Shown: positions 13,825-26,170, counted from the stretch's first letter. The stretch: 64,000 nt of DNA from Lytechinus pictus (GCF_037042905.1 NC_087247.1:62372001-62436000), one strand, 5' to 3'. A program made the numbers and translations. The notes: generated from the letters alone by a model not told the origin.

Positions 13825-14049
13825 CTGATCCCGCTAGTGGTGACATTAGACTGTGATGATGCCCTACGGAAATGTGAAATGATAGGGAAGGAACTTTGCG
13901 ATGTCTGTGCGATGTCTGCCTGAGCCGTCGCTGTAGTCCCACATATACGGATCGCGGTGAGTTTTCACTGTACTTACAGCCTCATTCTCTGTGCTTGCAG
14001 CTTAGTGAATTTGTGCAGCTGTGTGTGACCGGTGAACTAAAACGTCAAT

Positions 14050-17000
14050 ATGAATGACTCCGTCGTGCCAAAATTGTCCTGGGAAGATGAAGATCTCCCA
14101 GGAGCCATTCAAATATTCAAACAGCAGTGTGAATTGTACTTCTCCGTGAAAAATGTCAGAGAGGAGAAACAGGTGGATCACATTCTGCTTTTCATGGGCA
14201 CCCCTGGCCTCCGCATGTATAATTCATGGGACTTAGCAGAAAGAGACAGGAAGAACATCGCAGTTGTGTGGAATCGGTTTGAAAAGCAGCTTAAACCAAA
14301 GTCCAATTTCAGAGTCGCCCGCCTATACTTACAGAGATTTCGCCAGCAAGAGAGTGAAACTGCTGATAGTTTTGTGTCCAGACTGAAACTACATGCACAG
14401 ACTTGCCAATTTCGCGATGACAGAGAGTTCGCTGACAGAGTCGTTGAACAATTCATTGCTGGCACGCGCCACACAGAGCTCCAAAAGCAGTTACTGGGGC
14501 AAGATGAACTGAATATTCAGCAGTGCTTGGACTACGCAAGAACTCATGAAGCTTCTATCTCGCACATGCAACAACTCGCAGGTGTGCATTCGCAGTTGTC
14601 CCCAGCAGTCCACGTAATCCAACACAAACGAGATTGCAGGAACTGTGGGAGGAGCCATTCTTTCTCGTCACGTGAATCTTGTCCAGCGTATAATACGACA
14701 TGCAACAGCTGTGGTAAGAAGAACCACTGGTCAAAGATGTGCCGATCAAAGCAAGGTGTGCAAGCATCTCGTGGTCGACAACAGCGTGATTCAAGCGGTC
14801 GTGATCGCGAACGTCGACAACAGACACGGTCCATCTCGCATAAGCGTGGGAAGCAGAGGAGTTCTTCTCGCAATACACGGACAGCTACTCGTGATGTGCA
14901 CTACACTGATGCGCACACACCGCCTGCCAAGGATGACACAGGTAGTGAGAGTTTTGACCAGCTGTCATTAAATGCTATCTTCACTTCGCTTGATGCGATT
15001 TCTGACCAAAGTGATGACGAAGCATTTACACGCATACAGATCCGTCAAGATGAACAAGAACGTATTATAAACCTCCTTGTTAAGGTTGACACCGGCTCGC
15101 AGGTGAACACGATACCTCTACGCGTATACCGCCGCATGTTTCCCTCAAATCTTGATGCCGATGGTTTTCCCCGAAAAGGCCATCTAAAGGATACCAGCTG
15201 TGTCCTGACAGTATACAATGAAACGGCGATTAAACATTATGGAACAGTCACATTACCCTGTCGTCATGGTAACACTGGGTGGATTAATGCTGACTTCCAC
15301 GTTTGTGACACCAGCAGACCAGCAATTCTCGGTTTACGCACATCAAAAGCGCTTCAACTGGTGGCCCTCACTTTCTCCATAGATTCGCGAAGTGTACAAG
15401 ACAACACACAGCGTGACCCCATCCGCTCGGTAGCTGACCTGAAGTCGCAATACCCGCAACAGTTTGACGCGATCGGTGATTTCGCTGGAGAGTACCACAT
15501 TGTACTAAATGATGGCGCCCATCCTGTGGTGCATGCTCCCCGTAAGTGCTCAATCCATATCCGCGACGAGCTGAAAGCTGCACTCGATGACATGGAAAAA
15601 CAAGGTGTCATTCGCCGAGTCACTGAGCCCACCGACTGGGTCAGCAGTCTAGCCATCTCGCGCAAGGCAAACGGTCAGCTACGCATATGCTTGGACCCAA
15701 AGGACTTGAACAGTGCAATCAAACGGTGTCACCACACTACACCTACCGTCCAGGAAATTACGCACAAGCTCACAGGAGCCACGGTGTTCAGCAAACTGGA
15801 CGCAAAACATGGGTATTGGTCAGTGCATTTGGATGCAGAAAGCCAACTGCTGACCACGTTCAACAGCCCGTTTGGAAGGTATAGCTACAAGCGTATGCCA
15901 TTTGGCCTAGTGATGAGCCAAGATGTGTTCCAGCACCGAATGGACCAGATCCTAGAGCAGTGCACTGGCGTCATCGGGATCGCAGATGACATTGTCGTGT
16001 TCGGGGACTCACAGCAGTCACATGATAGAAATCTGCACGCCTTGATGGAGGTTGCAGCTAAGTCAGGTCTGAAATTCAACAGCAATAAGTGCTCCATCAA
16101 TCAGGAACGAGTCGTTTTCTTTGGCATGGTCTATGACAAACATGGTGTCCATCCGGATCCAGCAAAGGTCCAGGCAGTGAGATCTATGCCAACTCCACGT
16201 GACAAGACACAACTCCAGGAATTTTTGGGGATGGCTACCTACCTGAGCCCGTTCATCCCCAATCTCTCTAGCCGTACAGCAGATCTTCGTGAGCTTCTTC
16301 GGCAAGACAATGAGTTCGTTTGGTCTGAGAATCATCAGCGAGCTATGGATGACATACGCGATCAGATCTGTGAGAGTGCTACCCTACGTTACTTTGACCC
16401 CAACAAGGAGAGCATTGTACAGGTAGACGCATCATCTCGCGGATTAGGAGCTACACTTCTCCAAGATGGAGAACCCATCGCGTTTGCATCAAAAGCGCTG
16501 AGTGATGCTGAGACCCGATATGCCAACATTGAACGTGAAATGCTCGCGGTCGTCTTCGGATGTGAGCGGTTTCATATGTATGTCTTTGGTAAGCATTTCA
16601 CAGTCGAATCCGATCATAAACCGTTGCAAATGATCCACCAGAAGCCGCTTACCTCAGCGCCACCGCGTTTACAGCGTATGTTACTACGCCTCCAGCAGTA
16701 CGATTTTAACTTAATCTACCGCCCAGGGAAGGAAGTCCCAATTGCTGATAGTCTGTCGCGGTCTCCAGGAAATGACAACACGCATATCGCACTCGACATG
16801 CAAATCAACCACATCCAGTTCACAGAGCAACGAATCGCAGATGTTAAGCGAGAAACCGACACGGATTCAACACTATCGCAGTTGAAATGTATCATAGGCC
16901 AAGGATGGCCAGAGCGTATGAAGGACCTTCCATCTCAGCTCAGACCGTATTGGTCATTCCGTGATGAGCTGTCAGTTGAAGATGGAATCATCATGAAAGG

Positions 17001-18141
17001 TCCCCGTGTTGTAGTGCCAAAGTCAATGCATGAGTATGTGTTAGGAAAGTTGCATGAAGGCCATCAGGGTTCTACGAAAACGAAGCTACGTGCACGCGAT
17101 TGTGTATATTGGTTGAATATCAATAGCAATATCGAGAGTGTCGTAAACCAGTGCGCGACATGCCAAAAGCACCAGAGATCACAGCCTAAGGAGGAGCTAC
17201 TCCCTCACGAGCTTCCAACACGACCTTGGCAGATTTTAGGCACAGATCTGTTCCATTTCGAAGGTCGCGAGTACCTGATCATAGCAGATTATTACTCAAA
17301 GTTCCCATTAGTTCGCAGAATGCCCGTCGAGTGTACAAGCAAAGCTGTCATTGAAGCTACGCAACAAATCTTCTCTGAGCATGGCATACCCGAGAAGGTT
17401 GTAAGTGACAATGGTCCGCATTTCGCCTCCTCAGCATACAAGGAATTCGCTAGCAATTGGAATTTCGCGCACGTCACATCGTCGCCACATTTTCCTCAGT
17501 CGAATGGATTCGTTGAGCGAGCAATACAGACCATCAAGCGTACATTAGCGAAAGCGACATCGTGCAAGCAGAATATCAACATGGCCCTTCTCTGTTTACG
17601 CACAACCCCAATCGACAGCGAATTGCCTAGTCCAGCAGAGCTTCTTTGTGGTAGGAAGTTCAAAAGCAACCTGCCCCTAGTGATACACAACACATCATCG
17701 CGCAAGGAGCAACATTACCAGCGTCTACAACAGCGACAAGATCAACAGAAAGCGTATCACGATCGATCTGCACACAATCTGCAGCCGTTGAGACCCTCAC
17801 AACGCGTTATGGTCCAAGATGCACGCACGCATTTGTGGATTCCGGGACAAGTTGAAGAATGTTGTGATGAGCCTCGTTCGTATACAGTCGTTACCTCCAA
17901 TGGTCGTGAGCTACGTCGCAATCGACAACAAATTCGCGATCTTGAGCCAGCTAAGAAACGCGTAACTTTTGATGAAACCCCCCACTACGCTAGCACTCCT
18001 GAAACGCGGCAACGCGAACAGACACATGAACAGCAGTCACGTGATACTAGACCACGTGATCCCAAAGTTGTAGAGAACAAACACCAGCAAATGACCAGGT
18101 CTGGAAGACTAATCAGACCCCCAGACAGGTTTACCATGTAA
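14050..18141 (+). CDS. Gag-Pol polyprotein, 1363 aa (Gag, 2 zinc knuckles, protease, RT, RNase H, integrase)
   Basis: CRNC..H..C and CNSCGKKNHWSKMC knuckles, VDTGS protease, IADD RT, VDAS/DHKPL RNase H, HHCC + D,D(35)E-type integrase, C-terminal TRSGR motif; order PR-RT-RH-IN. Confidence 0.97.
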   Translation: MNDSVVPKLSWEDEDLPGAIQIFKQQCELYFSVKNVREEKQVDHILLFMGTPGLRMYNSWDLAERDRKNIAVVWNRFEKQLKPKSNFRVARLYLQRFRQQESETADSFVSRLKLHAQTCQFRDDREFADRVVEQFIAGTRHTELQKQLLGQDELNIQQCLDYARTHEASISHMQQLAGVHSQLSPAVHVIQHKRDCRNCGRSHSFSSRESCPAYNTTCNSCGKKNHWSKMCRSKQGVQASRGRQQRDSSGRDRERRQQTRSISHKRGKQRSSSRNTRTATRDVHYTDAHTPPAKDDTGSESFDQLSLNAIFTSLDAISDQSDDEAFTRIQIRQDEQERIINLLVKVDTGSQVNTIPLRVYRRMFPSNLDADGFPRKGHLKDTSCVLTVYNETAIKHYGTVTLPCRHGNTGWINADFHVCDTSRPAILGLRTSKALQLVALTFSIDSRSVQDNTQRDPIRSVADLKSQYPQQFDAIGDFAGEYHIVLNDGAHPVVHAPRKCSIHIRDELKAALDDMEKQGVIRRVTEPTDWVSSLAISRKANGQLRICLDPKDLNSAIKRCHHTTPTVQEITHKLTGATVFSKLDAKHGYWSVHLDAESQLLTTFNSPFGRYSYKRMPFGLVMSQDVFQHRMDQILEQCTGVIGIADDIVVFGDSQQSHDRNLHALMEVAAKSGLKFNSNKCSINQERVVFFGMVYDKHGVHPDPAKVQAVRSMPTPRDKTQLQEFLGMATYLSPFIPNLSSRTADLRELLRQDNEFVWSENHQRAMDDIRDQICESATLRYFDPNKESIVQVDASSRGLGATLLQDGEPIAFASKALSDAETRYANIEREMLAVVFGCERFHMYVFGKHFTVESDHKPLQMIHQKPLTSAPPRLQRMLLRLQQYDFNLIYRPGKEVPIADSLSRSPGNDNTHIALDMQINHIQFTEQRIADVKRETDTDSTLSQLKCIIGQGWPERMKDLPSQLRPYWSFRDELSVEDGIIMKGPRVVVPKSMHEYVLGKLHEGHQGSTKTKLRARDCVYWLNINSNIESVVNQCATCQKHQRSQPKEELLPHELPTRPWQILGTDLFHFEGREYLIIADYYSKFPLVRRMPVECTSKAVIEATQQIFSEHGIPEKVVSDNGPHFASSAYKEFASNWNFAHVTSSPHFPQSNGFVERAIQTIKRTLAKATSCKQNINMALLCLRTTPIDSELPSPAELLCGRKFKSNLPLVIHNTSSRKEQHYQRLQQRQDQQKAYHDRSAHNLQPLRPSQRVMVQDARTHLWIPGQVEECCDEPRSYTVVTSNGRELRRNRQQIRDLEPAKKRVTFDETPHYASTPETRQREQTHEQQSRDTRPRDPKVVENKHQQMTRSGRLIRPPDRFTM

Positions 18142-18955
18142 ATTTGCATATTCGATACACAGTGATGTTCATGTGTTGGTTTTTATTCATGTTCAAATGT
18201 CCTTTGATATTACTATGTTCATGTACACTATATGTGATTCAAGATGCAGTGTTAAGTTGCAAAATGTGGAATCCGTGTAATAACATTTAAAATGTTACAC
18301 GTTATACATTCTTTTTTTTAATGTCTTTGTGTACTCTGAAACAAAGGTGACCATTCTCAATTGTGAAGATGTTATTTTTTTTTCATAAATAGAGAATAAG
18401 TACTTCTCAGTCAGAGTGTTGTGTATGCATTCCTTTTAAATAGTTGCCAAAAAAAAAAAAAAAAAATTAGACATGTGTGAAGAATTGATATAGTTGTGTT
18501 TTTTTACCTAAGGGACAGATGTTGTACATGTATGTGTTTAAGTTGTTTGACACTTTAATGTTACCAGAATAACCATGTGAAAAGCATGACATGTTATTAT
18601 TCAGTTTTAGATACTGAAGGTACAAAAAAAAAAAAAAAAAAATCTTTAACCAGTGCACATACCAAATATCCCATCTTTGCAGTAAAGTTATGAAGAAAAC
18701 AGTGTTTGAACCATTTTACACAAGTTAGTACCGACTGAGTGAAATATGATAATAGAAGTGTATAACAACAGTTGCTTATTATACAGGACATAAATAATGT
18801 GAAGTCAGTTATGCAAATTACACATAGATATCTGTTCAGTTTTATTACAACCATAGTAATGATATGGTAAAAATCAATTCATATGGATGTTTAATTGCCT
18901 GATGGTGCACACAAGGATATATATAAATTAGAAAGGTTATCTCACTCTTATTCTT

Positions 18956-18969
18956 AAAAAAAAGGGGGA
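18956..18969 (+). promoter_or_regulatory. Polypurine tract
   Basis: AAAAAAAAGGGGGA immediately before the 3' LTR. Confidence 0.9.
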
Positions 18970-19117
18970 TGTAACATCTGGAGATATTTTCCTTTATGTT
19001 TGTATATTGAGGAACACACTATTAAAAGACCAAAGTATGTATCTTGGAGTTGATGTTTATATGATGTATCTTGGAGTTGATGTTTATATGATCTGTTGGA
19101 ATACACAGTATATTTCA
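18970..19117 (+). repeat. 3' LTR
   Basis: Identical to the 5' LTR; followed by TSD TTCTC. Confidence 0.97.
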
Positions 19118-22100
19118 TTCTCTTCCTTTTCTCTCCTCTCTCATTTCTCTTTATCTTTTTACCCCTCTTTTCTCTCCTATCTCCTTTCCCTTTTCTCCCC
19201 TTTTTTTTTATCTTTCCTTTTTTAAAAATTCATATCTCCCTCTCCCTTAATTCCTTTCCTTTCCTCTCTTTTCTTCCCTTCCTTTTCACCCCCTTTTCTA
19301 TTCCCTTCTCCTTTTCTTTCCCTTTGTTTTGTCCTCTCTTCTTTCTCTTTCTCTCTCCTCTTTCTTTTCTCTCCCTCTCCTTTGCAATTTATTCTATCTC
19401 TCCCTTTCTCTTCTCTTTTTCTCACTCTCTCTTATCTTCCTTTCTTTTCCCTCCCCCTTTCATGTCTTTATTCTCATTTTCTCTTTTTCCTTCCTTTTCT
19501 TTTCCATCTTCCTTTTCCTTCTCTCTTTCTTTATCCCCCTTTCCCTCTCCCCTTCCTTTCTTTTCCTTCATTTTTTCTTTTTTCCTCTTTCCTTCCCCCC
19601 TCTCCTCTTCTTTCTTTTACTTTTCCCCTTATCCTTCCTTTAGTTCTCCTTCTGTCTCTCTCTTTTTTCGTGGGGGGGGGGGGCATTCATTACCATGGAA
19701 ACTTTACCAGGGTAGGATTTTTAAGTGAGTGTCTGTTAAGACGAGCAAGGAGGCTACGACCTGTGGTTTTATCTCCTCATTGAAGAATTTCATCCCCCTT
19801 ATTCTACCCGCCCTCTACAGGGCACTGTCTATTAAAACAGGGCTTCAGACTCTCTGATGGGAGAGATGGAAAGAGATTGAATAACATTTTGAAGGGGAAG
19901 ATTGAGCAGTAGGAAAAGAATGGAGGATAGAGAGAGAGGGGGGTGTCTAGAAAGAAGGGAAGGTAATAAAAGAAGCAAAGCAAGAAAGAGAGGAGTGAAC
20001 AAAGAGAGAAGAAAAGAAAAGGAAGAGGATGGGAAGGGAATGAGGAGGGAGTGGTGAGAACCAAAGGAAGACAGGGTGGAACAAAAACACTGTTAGCACC
20101 CATCTGACACCCATTATGTTTCCAGGGCACCCAAGAAACATGAGCCCACAACAATCCAAGAAAAGGAGATGAAAAAAAGATGCACACAAGTCATGTGCTA
20201 TGGTGTATTATCAGAACCAGATGGTTCACTAATGAGCTTTTGATGGTGATGTTGATGAGTATAGGATGGAATGAGAAAAGAAATCACTCAAGACTATTGC
20301 AAACCATTACAAGGCAGCTCAGCTATCAATGGTGAAGATAACCATAGTGACAGGGAAGGTGATAATGAGAATGTTTTTCTCTCATGAAATAGACCATTGC
20401 AGGGGTGATACCCCCATTCTCATTCTACCATCTTTTTCTTATACTACTGAATCATCTATTCAACCAAATTCCTTTAAATCTACCCAAACCAATCTTAATA
20501 TAAAATTGATAATGCTTCAACAATAAAAAAAAACCCTCTGCAAAATTGTCATAAATAAGGGATGATGCTCACATTCCAAGTCATACCTATTTCACTATCT
20601 TACTGTGCTTATTTTTAGCATGTAAGTCCCCAAAAATGCACAGTAGATTTGAAATGGAAATGTTCACTAAATTTAGTTCTCTTAGAAACCTCAAGATAAT
20701 GAAACCCTTCCCATTACAATTACAAGACCATCACATATATGTAAGGGAAAGAAATGTTTAAAGGATACCCTGTTACACGTAAAGTTAATACACCATCCCG
20801 CCTGGACCATGAGTAATTGACGTCGAGAGCAGAAAGCAATAGCTTAGAATTTATTGATGAAGCAAACACACATTAATGGCTGGTCTAGACTGAATATTGA
20901 ATTAAAAAGCTTTTAAAAAATCTCATACAATCACATTATCAGACTGCTATCTATTAGAGTGACTCAGTGTTACCATCTTAGTGCACAGTAGTACTAAGCA
21001 GAGCATCATAACAGTATTTCTTGTTTCATAACATCTATAGTGTCCATATTAAATGTCATCATTTTGAGCTTTTTAATAATTTGACCCATATTCCATACTT
21101 TTGAAATTCAAATTTAGTTCCAAATTGGAATCTATATATATATAAAACTTATTACACATGCAATGATAAAGAAATTATTTTAAAGTTACATTCATTGGTC
21201 CTCGGACTACAAATCTTCCTTTAATTATGATCTCATCTTTGTTATGACGGCACGTCTAACTTGCGTCATCTTGAGGAAATGTTGTCACTCTATTTACTTA
21301 TCATGTTCATGGTACTCTAAATATAAAGTAATCTAAGGATGCCCAGATCCAATTAGCAGCATACTGGAAGTGTTTAGTGATCAATCAATTGAAGATTCAT
21401 CCTCAGCCTGACGTCAATATGAGATCTGTCTGATAGCTCTTTAAGTGCTTGAGATGTTTGTGGTTTATCTTCAATCTCATTAGAACAAAATATTTCCCAG
21501 TCTAAAATTTCACCTTTAGAGATGTCCATCTTACACAAATCAATCGTTTACTTTCTTTACTGCAGTGAAACCGTCTCTCCTCTTTGACAAGTTCATATAA
21601 ACTGAACACAACTTTGATTCATTTTTGGAGCCTTGCATCAATTCCATATTACATCAGACTAATGAATTATTACAATAAAAAATTTAGATTCTTTATCATG
21701 CAGATATCGTTTGAGATCAATTTCTTAAAAATAAATGTTCAATCTTTCCCTTTAACAAGTTTATTTTATCTGTTTAGGCCCCTATATATACAAACCTCAA
21801 ACAGAAACATGATGATGATATCAGAAATTATGCTGGATTATGGAAATAGTCTTTTAATCTACACATTGCTTTCTTTTAAAAATCTTCAATTTTACTAATT
21901 TCCCTTCTTTTGACCTCTAAATGTGAAACAGTACAATGACCATCTATCTCAGGCCCTCATCAAGAAGCGCTATGATAGGTCATTTCTTGCATGAAATATG
22001 ACCTTATTACCAGTTCTGATCTTACTGAAGAAAGTCACTTTGGATCTCGGTGTGTATCAATTCTCTTCTCCCATCATTTGATGTGTCATTTATCATCTTC

Positions 22101-22698
22101 ATCCCATCTCATATTCCCTCATCACTTCCCTCCCTGTATTTCTGAAACTGCATCAACCTTCCTCAATCTTTTTCGTTAGCAAAGTTGCTATCTATCTGCA
22201 GGTCTTCCTGCTACTTGCCACCGACATGTTCATACCATAACTGTAATTTGTTAACTTAAAAAAAAAAAGCTTCCAGGATAAGAAACAAGACCTAAATAGG
22301 TAGAAGACATGGTTGTTCCTCTAATGGTGTTTTTTGTATGCAAAATTTGTCCTTCAAAGTTTCATGAAATTCATTATCTTTAAACTTTCCATTAATGATT
22401 CTTAAATTTTCAAGAATTCCTTTTTAATAAATTACATTGAGTAACAACTGCTACTAAATAAATGTTACTTTATAGCAGATATTGTAGAAAAGTAAATTTC
22501 ATTAATCTTGTTTAAAAACAAATGCTTTAATCATACCAACATTGCATTTAATCATTTTTAGCCCAAGATCTAGTACCATATTAATGTTTCATGTATTTAT
22601 TATTTAGGTTAAATGCTTTGAACGGAATAACAGCTTATCTGTCTGTATATTTTACCAACATAAAAAAGGGGATAGTTTTTATTGTATCAAGTACTTAC

Positions 22699-22905
22699 TA
22701 GCATCCTGGACTTTCTTCCAACTCAAATGCTTCAAAAGTTAAAGTCACATGACCATTATCCTCGGATATAAGTGTCCATTCACAGCTGATGTCACTGGGG
22801 TATTTGCCAGGAAAGTTTGGTGATTTGATAATACCTCTACCTGCATATAATCTAGAGCCACATCTCAGGGCTGAGGCAGAGATGTGGTGAATGAGGTAGC
22901 ATGAT
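22699..22905 (-). CDS. CUB/EGF gene exon, first half of CUB1 (possibly preceded by end of a signal peptide)
   Basis: SCYLIHHISASALRCGSRLYAGRGIIKSPNFPGKYPSDISCEWTLISEDNGHVTLTFEAFELEESPGC; TTTCAG/GTAAGT, phase 2-2; joins the 10293 exon as C-Y-Y-D-Y. Confidence 0.92.
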
Positions 22906-24078
22906 CTGAAAGCGAAATAAAAAAGGGGGAATAGGAAAAAGTAATTAATTAAAATGAAGAATCAAAACCATAGTCACAAAGTTTTATCTGCCTTAAACGG
23001 CTGGGGCAGAGATATGAACATAGCAACAATGAAGCAATGAATTTGAAACTTTTCATTTATTTCATTTTATTATTTTCATATTTCACAAGTCATGCTGGAT
23101 GGATTCTCACTTTATCACTTCTTCAAGAAAGAAAAAAGAAATAGAACAAATAGAGAAAAACAAAAACAAAATTTACTATGAAAATCAAGAACAAACTGGA
23201 ACAAAAAGAACTCAATGATGCAACTTCTTTTAATTTTGTAAAGGTACAGCATGCCACCGGCAGTGGTCTTGATATGCACGTATCTTGCAATGGAAGTTTA
23301 GAGAAGTCCCTTTAATTTGAGACAGTGATCTGGTTCAAAGCCAAGGTAAAGGATGCTTGGGGAACAAGTGGTTTATACTATGCTACAAAGGATCTCAAAT
23401 TCACTTTGAACACACAAATTGCATAAAAAGTCAATTTCCTTCAAAAATTATAAAATTAGAGGGGTTCTTAGTCATGAAGTTTACACAGAGGTGAGAGTTA
23501 GGTTATTTTTTCTGGTATGTTTCTTCTACTTTTATAAATACATATGTTCCTTATTTCAAAGAGAAATTGTCAATTCACCGTGTCCATGAAGTGACAAAGA
23601 ACCATATATTTCTTGTATGATTGAATGTGACGGCTTAATAAAAAATGAACTTTCAAATCTCCTATGATGATTGTTTCATTGAAAGAAATAGTTCATCTAA
23701 CACAAAGAAAAGATTTCAAAACAACCTGTGACAAATTTTATGTTAGAGAAATATCAAAGTAATCCGTAATTCATTCAGATTTAAAAGCGAATTGAATTAC
23801 ACAAACAATTTTGATGTTAAATAGATGCTCATAGTGAATCATATCATAGCAGCACTTGTTCAGTCACTATGAAGGTTATATAAAGGACACTCAGAGAATA
23901 ACAGGATACCAAAACGTGTGACAATAGCTTTTCTTCTTTATATCTTTCTTGAATTTCTGATCTCACAAACAAATTTATATGATCATCAACTGACAATTGC
24001 CACCCATTTTCAGATCTTCCCATTTTCAGATCTTCACTTTTTCCACAGCTTCCAGATAGAATATCTAATGGGATCAAT

Positions 24079-24479
24079 AGGGCCGTCTGCACCATCCCGA
24101 GTTTTCAAATTAGCGTGCTATTTCTGATCCGACAAATTATCCCGATCTGATCAATCTCGAGATTATTTGCAATGGAGATGCAATTATCGCGCTAGTTCGT
24201 AGGATTAATCTCGAGATTGCAATCCCAAGTCAACTTGGTATTATTTGCAAAATAGCGCGCTATTTTACGAATTATCGCGCTAATTCGTAGGTGCAGATGC
24301 ACTCGTGATTATTTATTCACAGCGTCAGACCATAATGCATCGATGCCTCGCTCGAGCAGGAATCGCTCTTCTTGCGATAGTGGAGACGGGGTTTCTTGAA
24401 TCTCGAGATTAATCGCGAAGAGGGCCGATCAGGCTAAAATCTCGAGATTGAGCAAACTCGGGATGGTGCAGCACCGCCT
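24079..24479 (+). mobile_element. 401-bp MITE (probably PIF/Harbinger-derived), copy 1
   Basis: TIR AGGGCCGTCTGCACCATCCCGAG / CTCGGGATGGTGCAGCACCGCCT; repeated AATCTCGAGATT palindromes; homologues at 56563 and 57887. Confidence 0.85.
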
Positions 24480-26170
24480 ATTGAGTTAATCTAAAGCTAT
24501 GATGAAATCCTGAACCATTTCCATCACTCAACATGTTTACACTACAAGAACTGAAGGAAAATAAAAGTTGTAAAAGTATATGTAAAAATGGATAACACAG
24601 CCAAACGGACTGGAGGAAGACTTAATCATTCACCTCATGTTATTAAGTACCGTATGATATGTTATATATAAATCTTTCTATATGATTGGTCAAGGTAAAT
24701 AAAAATTCATGTTATTGGTATCCCAAGTATGTACCAAATGAGAGCAAGTTGCACTATGTACTTCAGGGAATAATTTTCCTGGTATCGTATTGCAATTTGC
24801 TCCACGTTTTTGAAAAACTGCTATGCATAAAGTCTAGCATATTTTTACATAGGACTGTACATTACTTAGTTGAGAGCTTTTCTCTTATGACCAAAAATGC
24901 TATTCAAATTTGTAAAAAAACTTATTCCCTGTACTTTCTTGGATAAAAGTTTGGTAGGTTTTGTTCACTGTAATAAGCCTGCATTACAAAGCATTTATAT
25001 AATGATGCATCATAAATTATTGCAATGCGATGCAAGAAAAACTATTATGCTGATCTATTTTTTCATCTGAAAGGCACTGGGAGACAGTCTGAAGAGTATG
25101 TTGCTATTGTCTTCTTGGCACAGAAATTGAGAATGACACAACTGACATTAGCAAACAGATGTGAAAGAGAACGAAAAAAGATATAATTCTAAAATTAGCT
25201 CCACGGCAAAAAGTAGTGGGAGATATGCCAGCATTTTTAAACTAAAAATCATTTTTCCAGAACTGCACAGATTAACTTGCTTTCCTGCACCATGGACCTG
25301 GTAGGTACATGTATATGCCTGCCCTGAAGAATAAAGTGAAGTAAGACACATCTTCTTTGATAACATTGCAGGAGAGACTTCATGTGAAACAAAATATCTA
25401 TGACTGTTGAAAAACAAATATATTTCAATTTCCCCATCAAATGCTTCAATTTTTTCTTCTAAAATGCATGTTTCACAGAGGAACCTCTACAGTGAATATA
25501 AATTATTAAAACACTGATTGGTGCAATAGTTACATATGTGGACCTTCCAGGTTAATTAGGTCTTGTTTTATAAATTTCTTGCCTCAGTTTTTCTTGAATT
25601 TGAAATTCATACACAGCTGAAGTATAATCAGCCTTCCATAAAAAAAAAAACACTGAATAAAAAACAGGAACAGTATTAAAACCAAAGACTTCCATACAGC
25701 AGTACAACAACAAGGGAGATAATAATAATGAATAAATGAATTAAGAACTACATGTACTTGAAAGATTTTAATCAATACCTAAAACATGAAGCAAATTGGC
25801 ACTATTAAAAAGGAGACAAAACTACCTAAAATTAGTTGAACCCCCCCAAAAAAAAAGAAGAAAAAAAGTGGAATGCCTCTGACAGTCTCGTCTACATTAT
25901 GCAATTCAATATAGTGTTGACTCTGAAAACAGTAAGATGAATCATTTTTCACAAAAACACAAAAAATACTGTTCATTTGATAATAAGAATAGTAAGTTCA
26001 ATGACCATAAATGACATTTTATATTGATCATGTTACTTGAAACTCTCACAAAATAATAAATGAAACTTAATTACCCTTATGTCCAAGTTTTATTAGAAAG
26101 ATCAATCTAAGTTTTATAAATTATAATATTTCAAAACTCTGTCTGCTATGGAGGAGAGACACCCCCCTTA

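Larger units (their letters stand above)
13658..19117 (+). mobile_element. Full-length Ty3/Gypsy LTR retrotransposon, Mag-like clade
   Basis: Two identical 148-bp TG...CA LTRs, 5-bp TSD TTCTC, PBS, PPT, intact gag-pol. Confidence 0.97.
13299..19842. mobile_element. Non-autonomous TIR element with CT-rich core, interrupted by the Gypsy insertion (~1.1 kb without it)
   Basis: CCCCGTCTTAACAGACA vs TGTCTATTAAAACAGGG (14/17 inverted match); internal TCTGTTAAGACG copies on both sides of the LTR element. Confidence 0.7.

Noticed and set aside
14178-17705. Antisense and alternative-frame ORFs inside gag-pol
   Set aside because: Shadows of the main ORF with no recognisable motifs; no env-like ORF in the AT-rich 3' UTR
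19096-19783. Long F/S/L/P-rich ORFs (also 43366-44177 and their R/K/E-rich antisense ORFs)
   Set aside because: Low-complexity CT tracts lack stop codons by composition
1-22905. Naming the gene as tolloid/BMP1, cubilin or SCUBE
   Set aside because: Domain order does not match and no astacin exon was seen; symbol left blank
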